In this document: positions 26,060-39,164 of the stretch, piece after piece
Layout: each line of letters begins with the position of its first letter
Position numbering within the stretch: the stretch's first letter is position 1
Assembly: GCF_009914755.1 (NCBI RefSeq)
Contig: NC_060925.1
Source of the DNA: the human T2T-CHM13v2.0 reference genome, Homo sapiens
Reading direction: 5' to 3' (one strand)
DNA: 64,000 nucleotides
Made by a program: the position numbers and the translations under genes
Notes under the pieces: generated by a model
The model's input: only the letters and a program-made list of their open reading frames with translations
Database searches by the model: none
What the model was told of the DNA's origin: nothing

Positions 26060-26293
26060 AAATAATCACGACTACTTACTAAACATGAACTACTAGAAGT
26101 GTTTTTAAAATATTATCTATAGTCCTCAGAACCACCCTACAATGTATGTAAAAAACACATGTTACAGATGAAGAAACTGAGGTTGAGAAGGCTGAAATAA
26201 CTGGAAAAAGATTGCACAAATAATGAATCATAGAGATGGGATTTCAACTTAGATCTATTAGCCCCAAAAGTGCATGCTTCTTTCACAATAACA
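26060..26293 (-). mobile_element. MIR
   Basis: tcctcagaaccacccta...ttacagatgaagaaactgaggttgagaagg...gggatttcaactt. Confidence 0.8.
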
Positions 26294-26815
26294 GTCTCAC
26301 TTGCAAACACTATAGGTTTTAAGATGCAGTTAATACCTATCATGAAATTAAGAAAAAAATAGTAAAACAAAGTTTTTTAAAAAAATGCAGTTAGAATTCT
26401 TAGGATTTCAATAGAAGCAACATGGTTCAATTTGTGTCTTTCTGTGGACAGTTATGTGACCTGAATCCTAATATTAGCTCAAGAGAGCTGAAGACTCATA
26501 GTTTGTAAATAGCTTGCAACAGTCTCAACAAACAAAAATAAGCTCTACAAGTCCCGGGGCTGAAGGGTTATGAATCTTGGAGGAAGATACGAGTTCATCT
26601 ATACTTACTTGTACAGGTTGTAATTCTCTTTCATTTACCTTAGAATATGAAAGTCGGAATTACAGGAGCTAAATAATTGAAGGGTCTCAAAGGCTCAGTC
26701 GTATCTCCCTCAGAGTACTTTAACAAAAAGGAATAGCTCTCCAACATTAAAATTCCAGGCTTCAGTGCACATGAGGAAGAAGTGGTTCTCAGAACAAGGG
26801 CATGGTTTGTTCAGA

Positions 26816-27326
26816 GTGATAGACAGTATACTGGTCCCCAAAGATGTCCCATCCTGGAATCAGTGAATCTGTTAGGTGATATGGCAAAGGAGAATGAAGG
26901 CTGCAGATGTAGCTAAAATTATGGATCTGATGACCCTGAGATGGGGGGATTATTCTGTACTATCTGAGTGGGCCCAATGTAGTCACAAGAGTTCATATAA
27001 ATGGAAGAAGGAGGCAAAAGAGGAGGGTCAGAGGGATCTGTGATGATGGGAGTAAAGTTGGAGTGATGTGATGAGAGTACCCAACCTGGCATTGCTGGCT
27101 TTACCAATGTGAGAAGGGGCCATGAGCCAAGGAATGTGAGCAGCCTCTGCAAGCTGGAAAAGGCAAGGGAACAGATTCCTCCCCTAAAGTCCCAGGAGAA
27201 CCATAGCTCTGTCAATGCCTTGATTTTAGGACCTCTGCCCTCAAGAGTTGAAAGATAATAAATGTGAGTTGTTTTAAGCCACTAAGGTATGGTAAATTAT
27301 TACAGCAGCAATAGAAAGCTAATGCA
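26816..27326 (+). mobile_element. MLT1D MaLR LTR
   Basis: ccccaaagatgtccca...gggcccaatgtagtcacaag...agctggaaaaggcaagg...ttttaagccactaag...acagcagcaatagaaagctaatgca. Confidence 0.88.
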
Positions 27327-27377
27327 TCTAGCCTCCCTACTTACTCAAAAAACTGACATTAGTTATAAGAGCAGTAC

Positions 27378-27660
27378 TGTGTTAGGATATTGGTTTGGCT
27401 GACAAAGATGAAAATAACAATGGCTTAAATAAGATGGAGATTTACTTCTCTCATGTAAAAGTCCAAACTGATAGGTGGTGCAAAGTTCCTCTTTGCTCTG
27501 CGAGGCTCCACAGGGACCCAAGCTCCTCTTATCTTCTTTGTCTTCCATTTCTCAAGGTGTTAGCCCTCATCGGCATGGGTGAAGGTAGTTCACTATTAGA
27601 CCGTGGACTAGAATATGTGAAGGGGGAAGAAAGGAATTTGTCCTTTTTCGTAAGGGCATG
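27378..27660 (-). mobile_element. MLT1J/K-like LTR fragment
   Basis: ataacaatggcttaaataagatggagatttacttctctcatg. A probable other terminus (agcagtctctgccata) lies at ~28628-28643. Confidence 0.6.
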
Positions 27661-27759
27661 AAGGGGGTATAGATTAAGTAGGGAAATAGTAGTCAGCCCC
27701 ATTTCTGGAAGTCAGGGATCAGAGGTCAAATCCTGGCATTCTTAAAATTATCCCTGCTC

Positions 27760-28035
27760 GGCAGGGTGCGGTGGCTCACGCCTGTAATCCCAGCACTTTG
27801 GGAGGCTGAGGCAGGCGGGTCACGAGGTCAGGAGATCAAGACCATCCGGGCTAACACGGAGAAGCCCCATCTCTACTAAAAATACAAAAAATTAGCCGGG
27901 GATTGTGGCATGTGCCTGTAATTCCAGCTACTCAGGAGGCTGAGACAGGAGAATTGCTTGAACCCGGGAGGTGGAGATTGCAGTCAATTGAGATCGCACT
28001 CCAGTCTGGGTGACAGAGTGAGACTCTGTCTCAAA

Positions 28036-28078
<43 letters not shown>

Positions 28079-28080
28079 AA
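27760..28080 (+). mobile_element. Alu (AluSc/Y-like) with (TAAA)n tail
   Basis: cacgaggtcaggagatcaagaccatcc, ~11 TAAA units, TSD aaaat[t/a]atccctgctc. Confidence 0.95.
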
Positions 28081-28429
28081 TAATCCCTGCTCAATATCTC
28101 TGGATCAGGCTGATGACACAGTCACCAATTAAGTGGAAGATTCTAAATTGCTGCTACTACCCTGAAAAATGTAGCCATCCACAGGACCCTAAATGTCCCC
28201 ATTAAAATGTAAGATATAGAGCTATCAGATGGCATCACATAATGGTAAATTGTGGCCAGGACAGGAAGGAATTTATACTGTACAGCCCTGTCACTTGGAA
28301 TCTCAGCCAGCTCTCTGCACATTCTCACCCCTGTCATTTCATTAACCTTGCAAAAACATGGGCCTGTATTTCACATCATCGAATTTTTTAGACATCAATT
28401 ACTGTGAAATAGCTAGCTTTTTCTGTTTT

Positions 28430-28592
28430 ATCTCCTTTAATCATCACAACAATGTTACAAGGGAGATACATTATTATTCCTATTTAACAAATGAGGAAAG
28501 GCAGACACAGAGACATGAATAACTTGCCCAAGTTTACATAGGTAATAAGTAATGAAATGAGATTTGAATCACCAGACAGTCTGGCTCCAGTC
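28430..28592 (-). mobile_element. MIR
   Basis: tttaatcatcacaac...aaatgaggaaaggcagacacagag...aataacttgcccaag...gatttgaatc. Confidence 0.75.
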
Positions 28593-28884
28593 TTTGCAAA
28601 GGGAAGAGTGGATACTGGAGGAAAATTAGCAGTCTCTGCCATAAGTTCTTGGACTAATGTGAGCTAAAGAAGACTGCAGTCACATGTAATTTTGCACCAA
28701 AGAAAATGTAAACCAGCCCAAAAGATCGTATGCACTTGTTCAGAACTGAAAGCCAATATGAAAACTCTTCTAAGTCACTGTGCTATCAGATAAGCCCCTG
28801 AATGACAAGGGCTTATCTGACTATCCTTTAGCATGGGGTTAAGAAATTCTTGCCGGAATTTTCCTTTCCATGCACGAGGCCGGA

Positions 28885-29408
28885 TATCTTAATCAGTTAA
28901 TTTTTTCTATGTAATAAACTATGCCAAAACTTAGTAGTTTAAACAATAGCCATCTATTAGCTCATAATGTGGATTACCAATTTGGGTTGGGCTCAGCTGG
29001 CTGGTTGTTTGCTGACCTTGGCTGGGCTCACTTTACATGTCTGTGGTCTGCTACCATTCAGCTTGTAGGCTGTGTTTCTGCACATGGGCTGCCATAGGCC
29101 AGCAACAGGAATGAAGGGACTACATTCATGACAACCTTCATCCAGTAGGCTAGCTTGGGCTGACTCATGTGGTGCAGGAAGGTTCCAAGTACAGCAATAG
29201 GACAAGTTCCAGTGGACACGTGCTTCCCCAGTTTCGGCTTACATCCCATTTTCTACTGTTCCATTGGCCAAAGAAGGTCAAGCAGACAACCCAGACATAG
29301 GGATGGAGGAAGACTTCACCTATGGATGGGAGGAGCTACAAAGCTATGTGCAAGGGTGTGGATAACAGGGAGGAGACGACTTGATGACCATTTGCACAAT
29401 CCACCGTA
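28885..29408 (-). mobile_element. MLT1F/H-like MaLR LTR
   Basis: ccaaaacttagtagtttaaacaa...gggctcagctgg...ccattggccaaag...acaatccaccgta. Confidence 0.75.
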
Positions 29409-30448
29409 GTATTGAAAGTAAAAATAAGTTTGGCCCAAGAAAAAGGAGTGTTTCTCAGCAATATTTCATCTTGAAGGTGAGTTTTATCAATCTGAAATAC
29501 AAATTGCATCTTAAAATACGATTAAAAGCATTTGTCCCTAAATAACCACCACATGGAAGAAAAAAAGCAGAGAGAATGCCTGCAATATCATTATAGTGGG
29601 AAGAACTGGGTTCCCATTATCAACGGAAAGTTGAGATACTCTTGAAATAATCAATAATGATAACTGGATCAAGATTTCTATTCTTTATTTTTCCCCATTT
29701 AACATATAGATCCACTATTAAAATCTCAGGGTCACAAGCATACATTCTGAAAATGTACTTCAATGGCAGGCCTACCTGGCAAAGGTGGTGATGCTGCTGG
29801 CCTCTTCAGGGTTCAGACTGCAGCAATCCTGTCTGGTACAACTTGCCAGCTCCATTCTAATCGCCTCACCCCAGTGGCTGGAGTCACCAGGTGTCAGAAA
29901 GGCACCCCACTGATAAAAGAAAAAATGCTGACCTGGGAACCCTGACTGCCAGGCTCTGAATGTTTCAGTTAGATTGAACGAGGAAAATAATTGCCTGTCA
30001 AAACAGTTAATTACATTTGAGAAACCTTGTGTCCATCTTTCTTTTTGACAGGAGGCCTCGTATGTCTTCTTCTAGGAGGACTCTCAGCTGATGTTGGTTT
30101 TTTTAGTCTGTATGAGCGATGGACAAGCTGTCACTACCCATTAGATTTTGGGTGGTCCCAGGGGACCATCCCAAGTTTGAGGAAAGTTGGCAATGGAAAA
30201 AGGAGCATCTGATAGGAGCAGTCAGTGAAGTCCTTGGGTGAGTGAATTTTTATTTATTTACATACCATTCTCCTCCCCATGAAAAGATTTCAGGTGGCCT
30301 CCAAAAATATATGTATAACAGAATTTTACAAATAAATTATAATAAAAGGAAAATAGGGCAGAAAGAATTGTTAAAGTGAAATACTAATTGGCTACCGGGT
30401 TTTGTTTTGTTTTGTTTTTTTAAGGCAGGTCACATCAGGAATATATAA

Positions 30449-30978
30449 TGTCAGGGAAGAAAGATTTCTTTTCCTCTTCCATTGTTAGGTTCATGGCTAT
30501 AACAAAAGACAGATTAACAATACAAAAGCATACAAATGTATTTAAGTTTTTCATGACATTGAAACCTTCAGAAATGAAGATCCAAAGAAACAGGTGAACT
30601 TGTCTATTTTTATATTTAGTTTTGAAAAAGAATGAACAGTTGTGGAGAAGTATAATTGGACAAAGGAGATGACCTAATGGTGATAACTAGGGACAACTTA
30701 GCAAGGCCTATTTGTTCCGACTCATCTCTAGCCCTGTGTCTTCACAAATAAGGATGTTCCTTTTCTCTGGGTATAAGGAAGGCACTTCTCAAATGAAGGT
30801 TTTCTGACCTCCTCCAGGGGAGAAGGGCAGGAGAAAGTCGAAGAGTGGTTTTCCTGGGTTTTATGACATCCATCAGGGAAGAAGGGTTGAGGGACAGTGA
30901 GAGGGACTTTCCTGCTTCTGCTGTTCCCTCAAATGCCAAGGTGCCATATTCTGGGGTAGCATGTCCTGAACCCCATCA
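30449..30978 (-). mobile_element. MER34-family ERV1 solo LTR
   Basis: Reverse complement starts tgatggggttcaggacatgctaccccagaatatggcaccttggc. TG...CA ends and 4-bp TSD ataa. Confidence 0.8.
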
Positions 30979-31719
30979 ATAACCTATTTCATGAGTCCCA
31001 GTGTTCATGAGATAAAATTTATCTGATTTCTCTGGAGAAGAGCATTTCCTCTTACTATTACGCTTTGAAATATTCTCCAGAGAGTCCACATAGTGAAGAC
31101 TCTGTATTACTGAGAACTGGTGCCTCACCACCCTCCTGTTGTAAATACTGGGTGACCAGCTTCACAGGTTAGGAAGCCCCAAGGGTTGGGCCTCTCAGCC
31201 CAGTTACCTAATGAGGCCCGGAAAGACAAGGCCCTGTGGGTCTGGATATGCCAGCTCACTCCAGGGGCATAGGAAGATCATCAGTAAGGGTTCAGCTGCC
31301 CTCTGGATTCCTGAAGTGTTTTTAGAAACATGCTAAGAATTCTTTTAAGGGAACCTAAAACTGGGTTCTCCTTTAGAAAAGAGACATTTACATGAAAGGC
31401 CATATACAAGTGTATGCCACAGGGCTGGTAAAGACACCAGGGAGGCTGCCCCACCTAGGCCTAGCTGGGACTGGGGCATGTGCCTTTCCAGGCTCACACA
31501 GACAGGGAGGTAAGCCCAGCCAACCCTGATGAGATTCTGGACCAGATTTCTTTACGGGAAGTTGAACTTACAGGACTACTTGGGAAACCGAGAGAGAACA
31601 GGTGAAGTGACTGCAGAAGTGTTCTGCGCCCCTGATAACTCCAGATTTCTAGTTCTTACAGAGGCAGAGAGCATGCTGTTCAGGCGCAGATGCTGGCGTT
31701 GGACACACCCAGATGTCAG

Positions 31720-32346
31720 TGTGAAAAGAAAATAAAATTCCGGGACCCCAAACTCAATACACCAAAGGGAAAAGGAAAGCTTGGAAGCTGAGTCACACAA
31801 AAAATCGGTCTTTTGTTTCTAAATAGACAGCTACAAGATAAAAGGACACATGTCTCTCCAGGTGGCCTCCCTCACCTTGACAGTGTGAATTAACAGCTTA
31901 TCTTCATGGACATGGGACAAGAGGAGACTGGAAATCATCTCCCACACCACCCTCTCCAAGACAAATTCATATTTAACTTCTACTTCTGCTCTGTTGACTT
32001 TATCCTATGTAAAGTACAGATTTACTGAGCACGAGACAAATGCATAACTGACTATTTCTTTACCCTCTCCTTTTCACATGCAATATGCAGATTCAGTGAG
32101 CACTAATCGAAATCTCACAAGAATGTGACCATCCTCTCCCTCTTTTTTGTCTTTCCTCCTTTCCTCTCCTGCCAACTTTTTACCCTTTAAATATTAAAGC
32201 CCTGAAACTCCTCTTTGGAAAAAATGCAGGCCATAGGTCCTACTGTCTGCGGCTTGTGTCTCCATTTCCTGGGCGCATTCCCAACCTTGGCAAAATGAAC
32301 CTCTAAACTGATTGAGACTTACCTAAGTCATTTTCTTCAGTGTACA
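31720..32346 (+). mobile_element. ERV1 solo LTR (LTR43/MER72-like)
   Basis: tgtgaaaagaaaataaaattccgggaccccaaactca...ccttggcaaaatgaacctctaaactgattgagac...gtaca. Near-TSD tcag/ccag. Confidence 0.75.
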
Positions 32347-32430
32347 CCAGCATTACCACTGGTAGGCTGAGTGGCACTGAACAAGTGACATAACCTATCT
32401 GACATAACCTATGTTGCCCTAGACTCCTTA

Positions 32431-34060
32431 TCATGGCAGGGGTGGCCCATCTGGGGTGGCCGCTGTGAAGACGCTGGTTGCAATGGGGGAGGCACAGCTA
32501 GGGCTGCGCACTCCATGGAGCCATCCAGAGCCAGCAACAGGTGGGAGCCATGCCCTCTTCTGAGTTGAAGGGGTGGGAGCCTCACCCTCCTGGGCATAGC
32601 TGCAGCCTCCCAGCTGCAGCTGTGGACCTGGGCATCCCTGTGCTCTGGGGCACCCGGGAAGGCCCCCTGCTCCCGCAGGCTTGGAAGTGCCTGCTCCTAC
32701 TGCTTGGCCTCTCCCCACTCCCGGCGCCCACTCCAATTTTGGAGCAAAGTTGTGGCTGAGCCTGGGTGCTGTCACCACTGACCAGGTGTGTGTGCACTTG
32801 AGGTAGTGCTGATACACCAGCTCCCAGCTGCCTCAGCCCCCTCTGGACTTTGGGCACTGAGGAGCACAGGAGGGAGGCCGAGGGGGTGTTGAGGGTGGTT
32901 TTGTGTGGGCCTGCAGGCACTCCTCAGCATGAACAGCCTGGGCACCATGGGTGACATGTAGATGGTGGCAGGAGGCAGACAGGTTTCTGGGCAGAAAAGG
33001 GCAGGTCTCTGGTGAAGCCCACCTTCAAACAGGGAGGGCCTGAAGCCTGGGGGCTAGGCTGCCAATTCCATGTGGAGTCCACAGTCGGGAATGAAAACCT
33101 CTGGTGCTTTTTCTGGGCCACCCACAGACCAATCAGCATGCACTTTCTCCCTTCTGAACCCATAAAAATCCTTGGACTCAGCTGGACTCAGTCAGACTCA
33201 GGGAGATGTCGGGACAACCTGCCTGCAGATAGGAGCTACCCACTGTGGGTCTCCTCTCTGCTGATCTGCTGAGGGCTGCACTCATTGTGATGACTTGCCT
33301 GAGGAAAGGAGCTACCCACTCCAGGTCTCTTCTCTGCTGAGGGCTGCACACTTGTCGGGATGAGCTGCCTGCAGATAGGAGCTACCCACTTTGGGTCACC
33401 TGAGAGCTGTACTGTCATTCAATAAAGCACTTCTTCACCTTGCTCACAGTACAGTTCTCTGCACACCTCATTCTTCTTGGATGTCAGACAAGAACTTATG
33501 ACCTGCTGAATGGCGGGACTGAGAGAGCTGTAACACAACAACACAACAGGGCTGAAACACACCCCCTGCTCACCATGTTGTGGGCAAAAGGGAGAGAAGG
33601 AGAGAAGAGCTGCAGCCCCTTGGGGAGCCCAGACCTAGGAGCTCCCCGAGCCAGGGCTGTAATACCCTCTTTGGGGCTCTGCAGTTCCTGGCATCTCCAA
33701 GCTTGTGGGTGCCACTCTGTTCGCCAGTGCCTGCAGTGGAAGCCACTTGTGGTACACCTGGTCCAGCTGCAGCCTCTCAGGGAGTCAGGCACCTGCACCT
33801 GGAGCTGCCTTCCCTGCCGCAGCCAACGTGCCTGGCTGTGCACAGTGGCCAGACCCTGTGATCATTTACTCACACACCCCTTGCAGCACCACACCACCTG
33901 GCTCACCCTTGGCAGGCATGGCATCTGGGCTGGTAGCATGAGCTGGGTGCAGCCTGCCAAGCTAAGTGGGCAGAATGAGTCCAGTGGGCCCTAGCAAAAC
34001 TTGGGTAAAGGCCACAGAGGTATCTGGTTGGAAAGGCAACGCCCGAAGGATCCTGTGACA
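32431..34060 (+). mobile_element. MER52A-type ERV1 solo LTR, full length
   Basis: atggcaggggtggcccatctggggtggccgctg start, internal ggagctacccact repeats, aataaa at 33421, end atcctgtgaca. TSD ctta (32427-32430, 34061-34064). Confidence 0.9.
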
Positions 34061-34089
34061 CTTACATGACAAAGAGCTATGCATTTGCT

Positions 34090-34540
34090 AGTACATGGCT
34101 GTAAGTTACGGAGCATTCAACTACCAAACTTAACTAAAAAGGATGATATTCATCTCACACAACCAGGTGTCTGGGGGTCTAAAGTCCAGGGCTGGTGGAA
34201 TGGCTCAGGAGAGAGATCAAGGACTCAGGTTCTTTCTAAATTCCTTTTCTAAAGAACTTTCTTCCTCATGCTGCTCCTCTGGGCTTTGTGTCTGAGTTCC
34301 AGGCAGGTAGAAGGCAGACAAGACCAATCCTTCTGAATAAGGCTTTGTTATTTTCTCCAGAGGAGAAGAAACTTCAGCTTGTATCTCATTGGTCAGAATC
34401 TGTCACATGGTCATCCCCAGCTGCAAGGAAGGATGGGAAGGCTGTTCTCCTTGCTCCTCCATTATGGTGGAGGAAGGCAAGGGAATGGGCCATGGCATGT
34501 GAAAAGCCATTCTGCACTGCATCTCCCAAGCCAGGAACAA
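34090..34540 (-). mobile_element. MLT1 (J/K/L-like) LTR
   Basis: tccagggctggtgg...aaggactcaggttcttt...tctcattggtcagaatctgtcacatggtcatccccagctgcaagg. Confidence 0.65.
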
Positions 34541-36316
34541 CATTTCTGTCAAAGCCCTTTTGAGGAGTGTCTTTGAAGCATTTAGCCCAGTACCTGGAAC
34601 ATAGAAAGCACATAAATGTTGCTATTATTCATGCCACAGGGCAGACGACCCAAAAACACGGACTTGGCTAGCTGGACCTAGGGACTTGTCAACTAAATGT
34701 ACCAGATTTTCAAGGTCGGTCATAATTTAAGTCATTTATTTTCTGAACATGCATTAGATAATGAGCCGTGATTTAGGGTTCAGAAAATCTGATTAACATA
34801 CCAAGAAATAATTCTGGTGGCAAGAGCTGAAGTAAAAGTTGTTTGATATGGTTTTCAGGGAATCAACATATAAGCCTGGGAAATGCAAGAAATAGATCCG
34901 TGAGGCATTTCTATACAGAAATGCAGCAGCATAATAACTGTGCTCTGAAAAACAAACAAACAAACAAAACAGAGTTTAAATCTCTTGGGGAAATCTAGGC
35001 TTTATGGAATGACTAGGGTGTTTTTCCTTTGCCCGGTAAAAATTATAGAGAGGAAAAAGGGTTTTCTTACAGAACTTAACATCAATTTACAGGAGCTAGG
35101 ATTCAGAACTCTCCACTCCCCTCCAGCCTGGAGGAGACTGAATCTGTGCCCCAGGCATGCATATTAGGAGCCATTTAGAATGCAGCCCCTGAGGGGTTAG
35201 GGCGCTCACTACAATTATTTCTGGAAACTGAGCCAGGGGTGAAGTTCCTGGAGCTGCCTCCCTGAGGTCTAGCCCACCCCATTTCGTGGTTGGAAAGCAA
35301 GAAGGAAGCAGGGATAGGTAATGTTTCTATCACCCATCTACAAATAGTGTGAGCTGCCAGCCTTGCTATGCGTAGTACATGAACTTCAAAGGAGAGGACA
35401 CGGGCCGCAGAAACTGGCACCGAGGCTTGGCGTTCTGGGAATCTCTGTGTGAAGGCGAAGTCGCTGCTAAACTTAGAAATTTGATCTATTTCCTTATTTG
35501 CGACAGTGTCCTTTTTAGTTCCCTGTGGAATTCCAGGTCTGCCCTGCTAATTCTAGAAAGCTAAGGGAGGGCTAGGAGGAGGTCATATAATTGATACATA
35601 ATGCACAGGTACTAATTGAAGATCAAACTCACAGGATGTTAAGGCATATTTCATTGTATGGGCCAGCCAAGTGTCACAGCCCAAGGCTTCAGCAAAGTGG
35701 GAGAGCCGTTTTCAAGTGCTCTGACCTAGAATCTGCTCTCTTTCTGTCAAATGCCAGAGCAGGCCATGTCACTTTCTCAACTGTTAAAACTATGCAAAGA
35801 GAAAGAATGCACAGAACGAAAGCAGGAAGCCAAGTCCTGATAATAAGCACCTGCAGCTTTCACTTTAGGGAGATGCACCGAGAAAGGCAAATCCTCTTAA
35901 ATGGCAGGATTGCACTGACTTTACACTGCTAATTTAGGAATAGAAGTCACCAGCGTCTGCCCTTCCTAGGGTCCTTCAAGCCAGCTCAGCCCATCCATTA
36001 TAATCTGCATGCCTCTAATGGTGAAGTAGGGGCTGCAACATGTCACTTAAAAATACCACAGCCCCCACACCCCTCTCTCTGGAAAATATAGGAAAATATC
36101 ATTTCAGTGCCTACTTGCAGGGACAGGTTTGTCCCAGAGAACACAGAGAAGATTCACTGGGACACAGGCCCGGGTTGAGGAGAAATAGGATCTTGAAAGG
36201 ACTGGACTGGACTTTCTCACATCTTGCTTGAGGTCTCAGTGATTCCTCAGCAAGGAGGGAAGGCTGAGCCTGCTAGCTGTCCTTGTCTATTTTAGCCTGG
36301 CCTATATGGCTACCCA

Positions 36317-37033
36317 TGTAACCGCCCAACGGGCTCACTTTGCCCACTGCCTGGACATAGCCGATTTATCAAGACAGATGAATTGCATAGAGACAGAGTA
36401 ATTCACACAGAGCTGGCTGTATGGGAGACGGGAGTTTTATTATTACTCATATCAGTCTCCCTGAGCATTCGGGGATTGGCGGTTTCAAGAATAACTTGGT
36501 GGGTAGGGGGCAACCAGTGGGTAAGGAGTGCTGACTGGTCAGGTCAGAGATGAAATCATAGGTAGTCGAAGCTGTCTTACACTGAGTCAGTTCCTGGGAG
36601 GGTCCCACAAGATCAGATGAGCCCGTTTATTGACCTGGGTGGTGCCAGCTGATCCCCCAAGTGCAGGATCTGCAAAGTATCTCAAGCACTGATCTGAGGC
36701 TTTACAATAGTGATGTTATCCCCAGGAACAATTTGAGAAGGGTCAGAATCTTGTAGTCTCCAGCTGCATGAGTCCTAAACCATAATCTTTTGGCTAATTT
36801 GTTAGTTCTACAAAGGCAGTTTAGTCCCGAGCCAAGAAGGGAGTTTGTTTTGGGAAAGGGCTGTTATCTTCTTTGTTTTACGCTATAAACTATAAACTAA
36901 ATTCCTCCCAAAGTTAGTTGAGTCTACACCCAGGAATGAATAAGGGCAGCTTGGAGGTTAGAAGCAAGATGGAGTTGGTTAGGTCAGATCTCTTTTTCAC
37001 CTTCTCAGATATAATTTTGCAATGGCAGTTTCA
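36317..37033 (-). mobile_element. LTR8 (ERV1) solo LTR
   Basis: Reverse complement begins tgaaactgccattgcaaaattata and ends gggcggttaca. TSD ccca. Confidence 0.88.
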
Positions 37034-37059
37034 CCCAGAGTTAATTCTCTCCTGTCCCA

Positions 37060-38330
37060 TACAGCTTAGTGTGGTTATATGATTGCATTTCAGCCAATGG
37101 GCTACAACAAGAGTAGTGGGAAACTTCTGGAAAGGGTCCTTAAAATGCTGGGGTACCAGTGTAAAGAGTCAAACTCTGTAAAATATTTGAAGAGATTTAT
37201 TCTGAGCCAAATGTGAGGACCATGACCCATGACACAGCCCCAGGAGGTCCTGAGAACATGTACCCAAGGTGGTTGGTTTACAGCTTGATTGTACCATTTA
37301 AGAGAACCGAAGTTACAGGCAAACATCAATCAGTACATATAAGGTGTACATTGGCTCGAAATGGGAAGGGGGTCGGGGGGCAGGGGAGACTTCCTGGTCA
37401 TAGATGGATTTAAAGATTTTCTGATTCGCAATTGGTTGGAAGAGTTAAGTTATTATCTAAAAATCTGGAAGCAATAGAAAGGAGTGTCTGGGTTAAGATA
37501 AGAGGGTGTGGAGATCAAGGTTCTTATGATGAAGCCTCCAGGTAGCAGGCTTCAGTGCTCTTATCAGATCTAAAAGGGGCCAGACTCTTGGTTAACTCTT
37601 TCCTGGATCAGGGAAAAGACCTGGAAAGGGAAAGAGATTCTCTACAGAATGCACATTTTCTTCACAAGAGACAGCTTTGCAGGGCCATTGCAAAATATGT
37701 CAAAGAAATGTATTTTGGGGTAAAATACTGTGATTTCTTTCAGGGCCTGTTCTGTGTTATATGATGTTATGCTAGAGTTAGGTTGGAATTTGGTATCTTA
37801 TTGCCACAAAGAGTCTGTTTTGTCAGTCTTAAGATATCTTTTAATGATAATGCTTGTCAGTTCTGCCTGAATTCCAAAGGGAGGAGGGTATAATGATGCA
37901 TGCCTGACTCCCACTGCCCATCATGGCCTGAACTACCTTTTCAGGTTTACTTTGGAATGCCCTTAGCTGAGAGAGGGATCCATCAGTTGGTTGGTGGGCT
38001 TAGAATGTTACTTTTGGTTTACAAGGGCATTACCTTATTCTCCTTTCCTTGCTCTTGCTGTCTGAAATGAGCTGGTGATGCGATGACTGGAGCTGGAGCA
38101 GCCACATTGGACCATGCAGCGCCTTTGGGATCAAGGCCCAGAGCTGATAAAGTGACAAAATAGAACAAGTCTGGGTCCCTGAGGATTTTAGGAAGTAGAG
38201 GAAACATACCAGATCTGGACTGTCTATTTCCAGGTTTAAGTGAGTGAGAGAAAAAAATTCTGTCTTAAATTTAAGTTATTTTTATTTGGAGTTTTGCTGT
38301 GCTTGCAATTGAATCTGTTCCTTACTACTA
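37060..38330 (+). mobile_element. MLT1J-like LTR split by MER4 LTR
   Basis: ggttatatgattgcatttcagccaatgg before the insertion, and gactggagctggagcagccacattggaccatg...ctgggtccctga after it. Confidence 0.55.
37160..38023 (-). mobile_element. MER4-family (MER4D/E-like) ERV1 solo LTR
   Basis: caaactctgtaaaatatttgaagagatttattctgagccaaat...ggtcctgagaacatgtacccaagg...cccatcatggcctgaact...ttttggtttaca. Confidence 0.88.
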
Positions 38331-39164
38331 TAGAAGGAGGTAGGCTTATTCTAAAATCATGTTGTGATTTATTGTATGTGCCCAGACATCTATGTAGGGG
38401 TATATAATTAATAGCTTGAGAGCTTCTTTAACTTAAACCTCTAAAACCATAATAAAATTAATGACTGAACTCACTATACATAGTCCTAAACACATATATA
38501 TGCATGCTGATATTCATATTATATTATACTAGAGTAAGCTACATATATTTTAGTCCATGGTGAGATGTTCTACATTCCTGGCCATTTTGCTGTTTGTAGA
38601 ATATCAAGGTATCAAGCTCCTTTAGACGTTGATAAGAAGTGGGGTGTGACCTGGACATAGCCACTGCAGAAAGGATCCCACTGCCCCGCCCTGGGGACAG
38701 TGGCAAGTAAGGACTGTACTCTGTCCTCTGGGCACTGCCCTGCTGGGAGACCATGCTTCCTCGGCTACATGGGATCACTTGGATGTCAGTGTGCCCAGGT
38801 GCTTGATGGCACTTATGACTAACTGCACCAGCTTTGCATGTCCTCCTTCCACATTTATGGGGTAAGTAAAATAAGGACTATCCCTCTGTATTCAAAGCAC
38901 TGGTGTCAGGCTTTTTGATACTTGCTTTCAAACCCATTCTTGACTGATAAATCTCTTCTAGTAGAATCTCATTTTATTGAGGCTAAGGACTTCTCACTGG
39001 GCATAAGTTTCCCTGGAAACCCAGGCCCATTAGTGCCTCTGCTTCAGCCCCAGCACCTGTGCAGTATCTGCACAGACCAGCTCATGCATGTTGTGTGCTG
39101 AGTGAGTTCACGTTGCAGTTAGTAGTGGCAGTGAGGAGAGCTGAGTCATTCCACCACATCATTC

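Noticed and set aside
32409-33994. Cluster of 60-184 aa ORFs
   Set aside because: All are inside the MER52A LTR.
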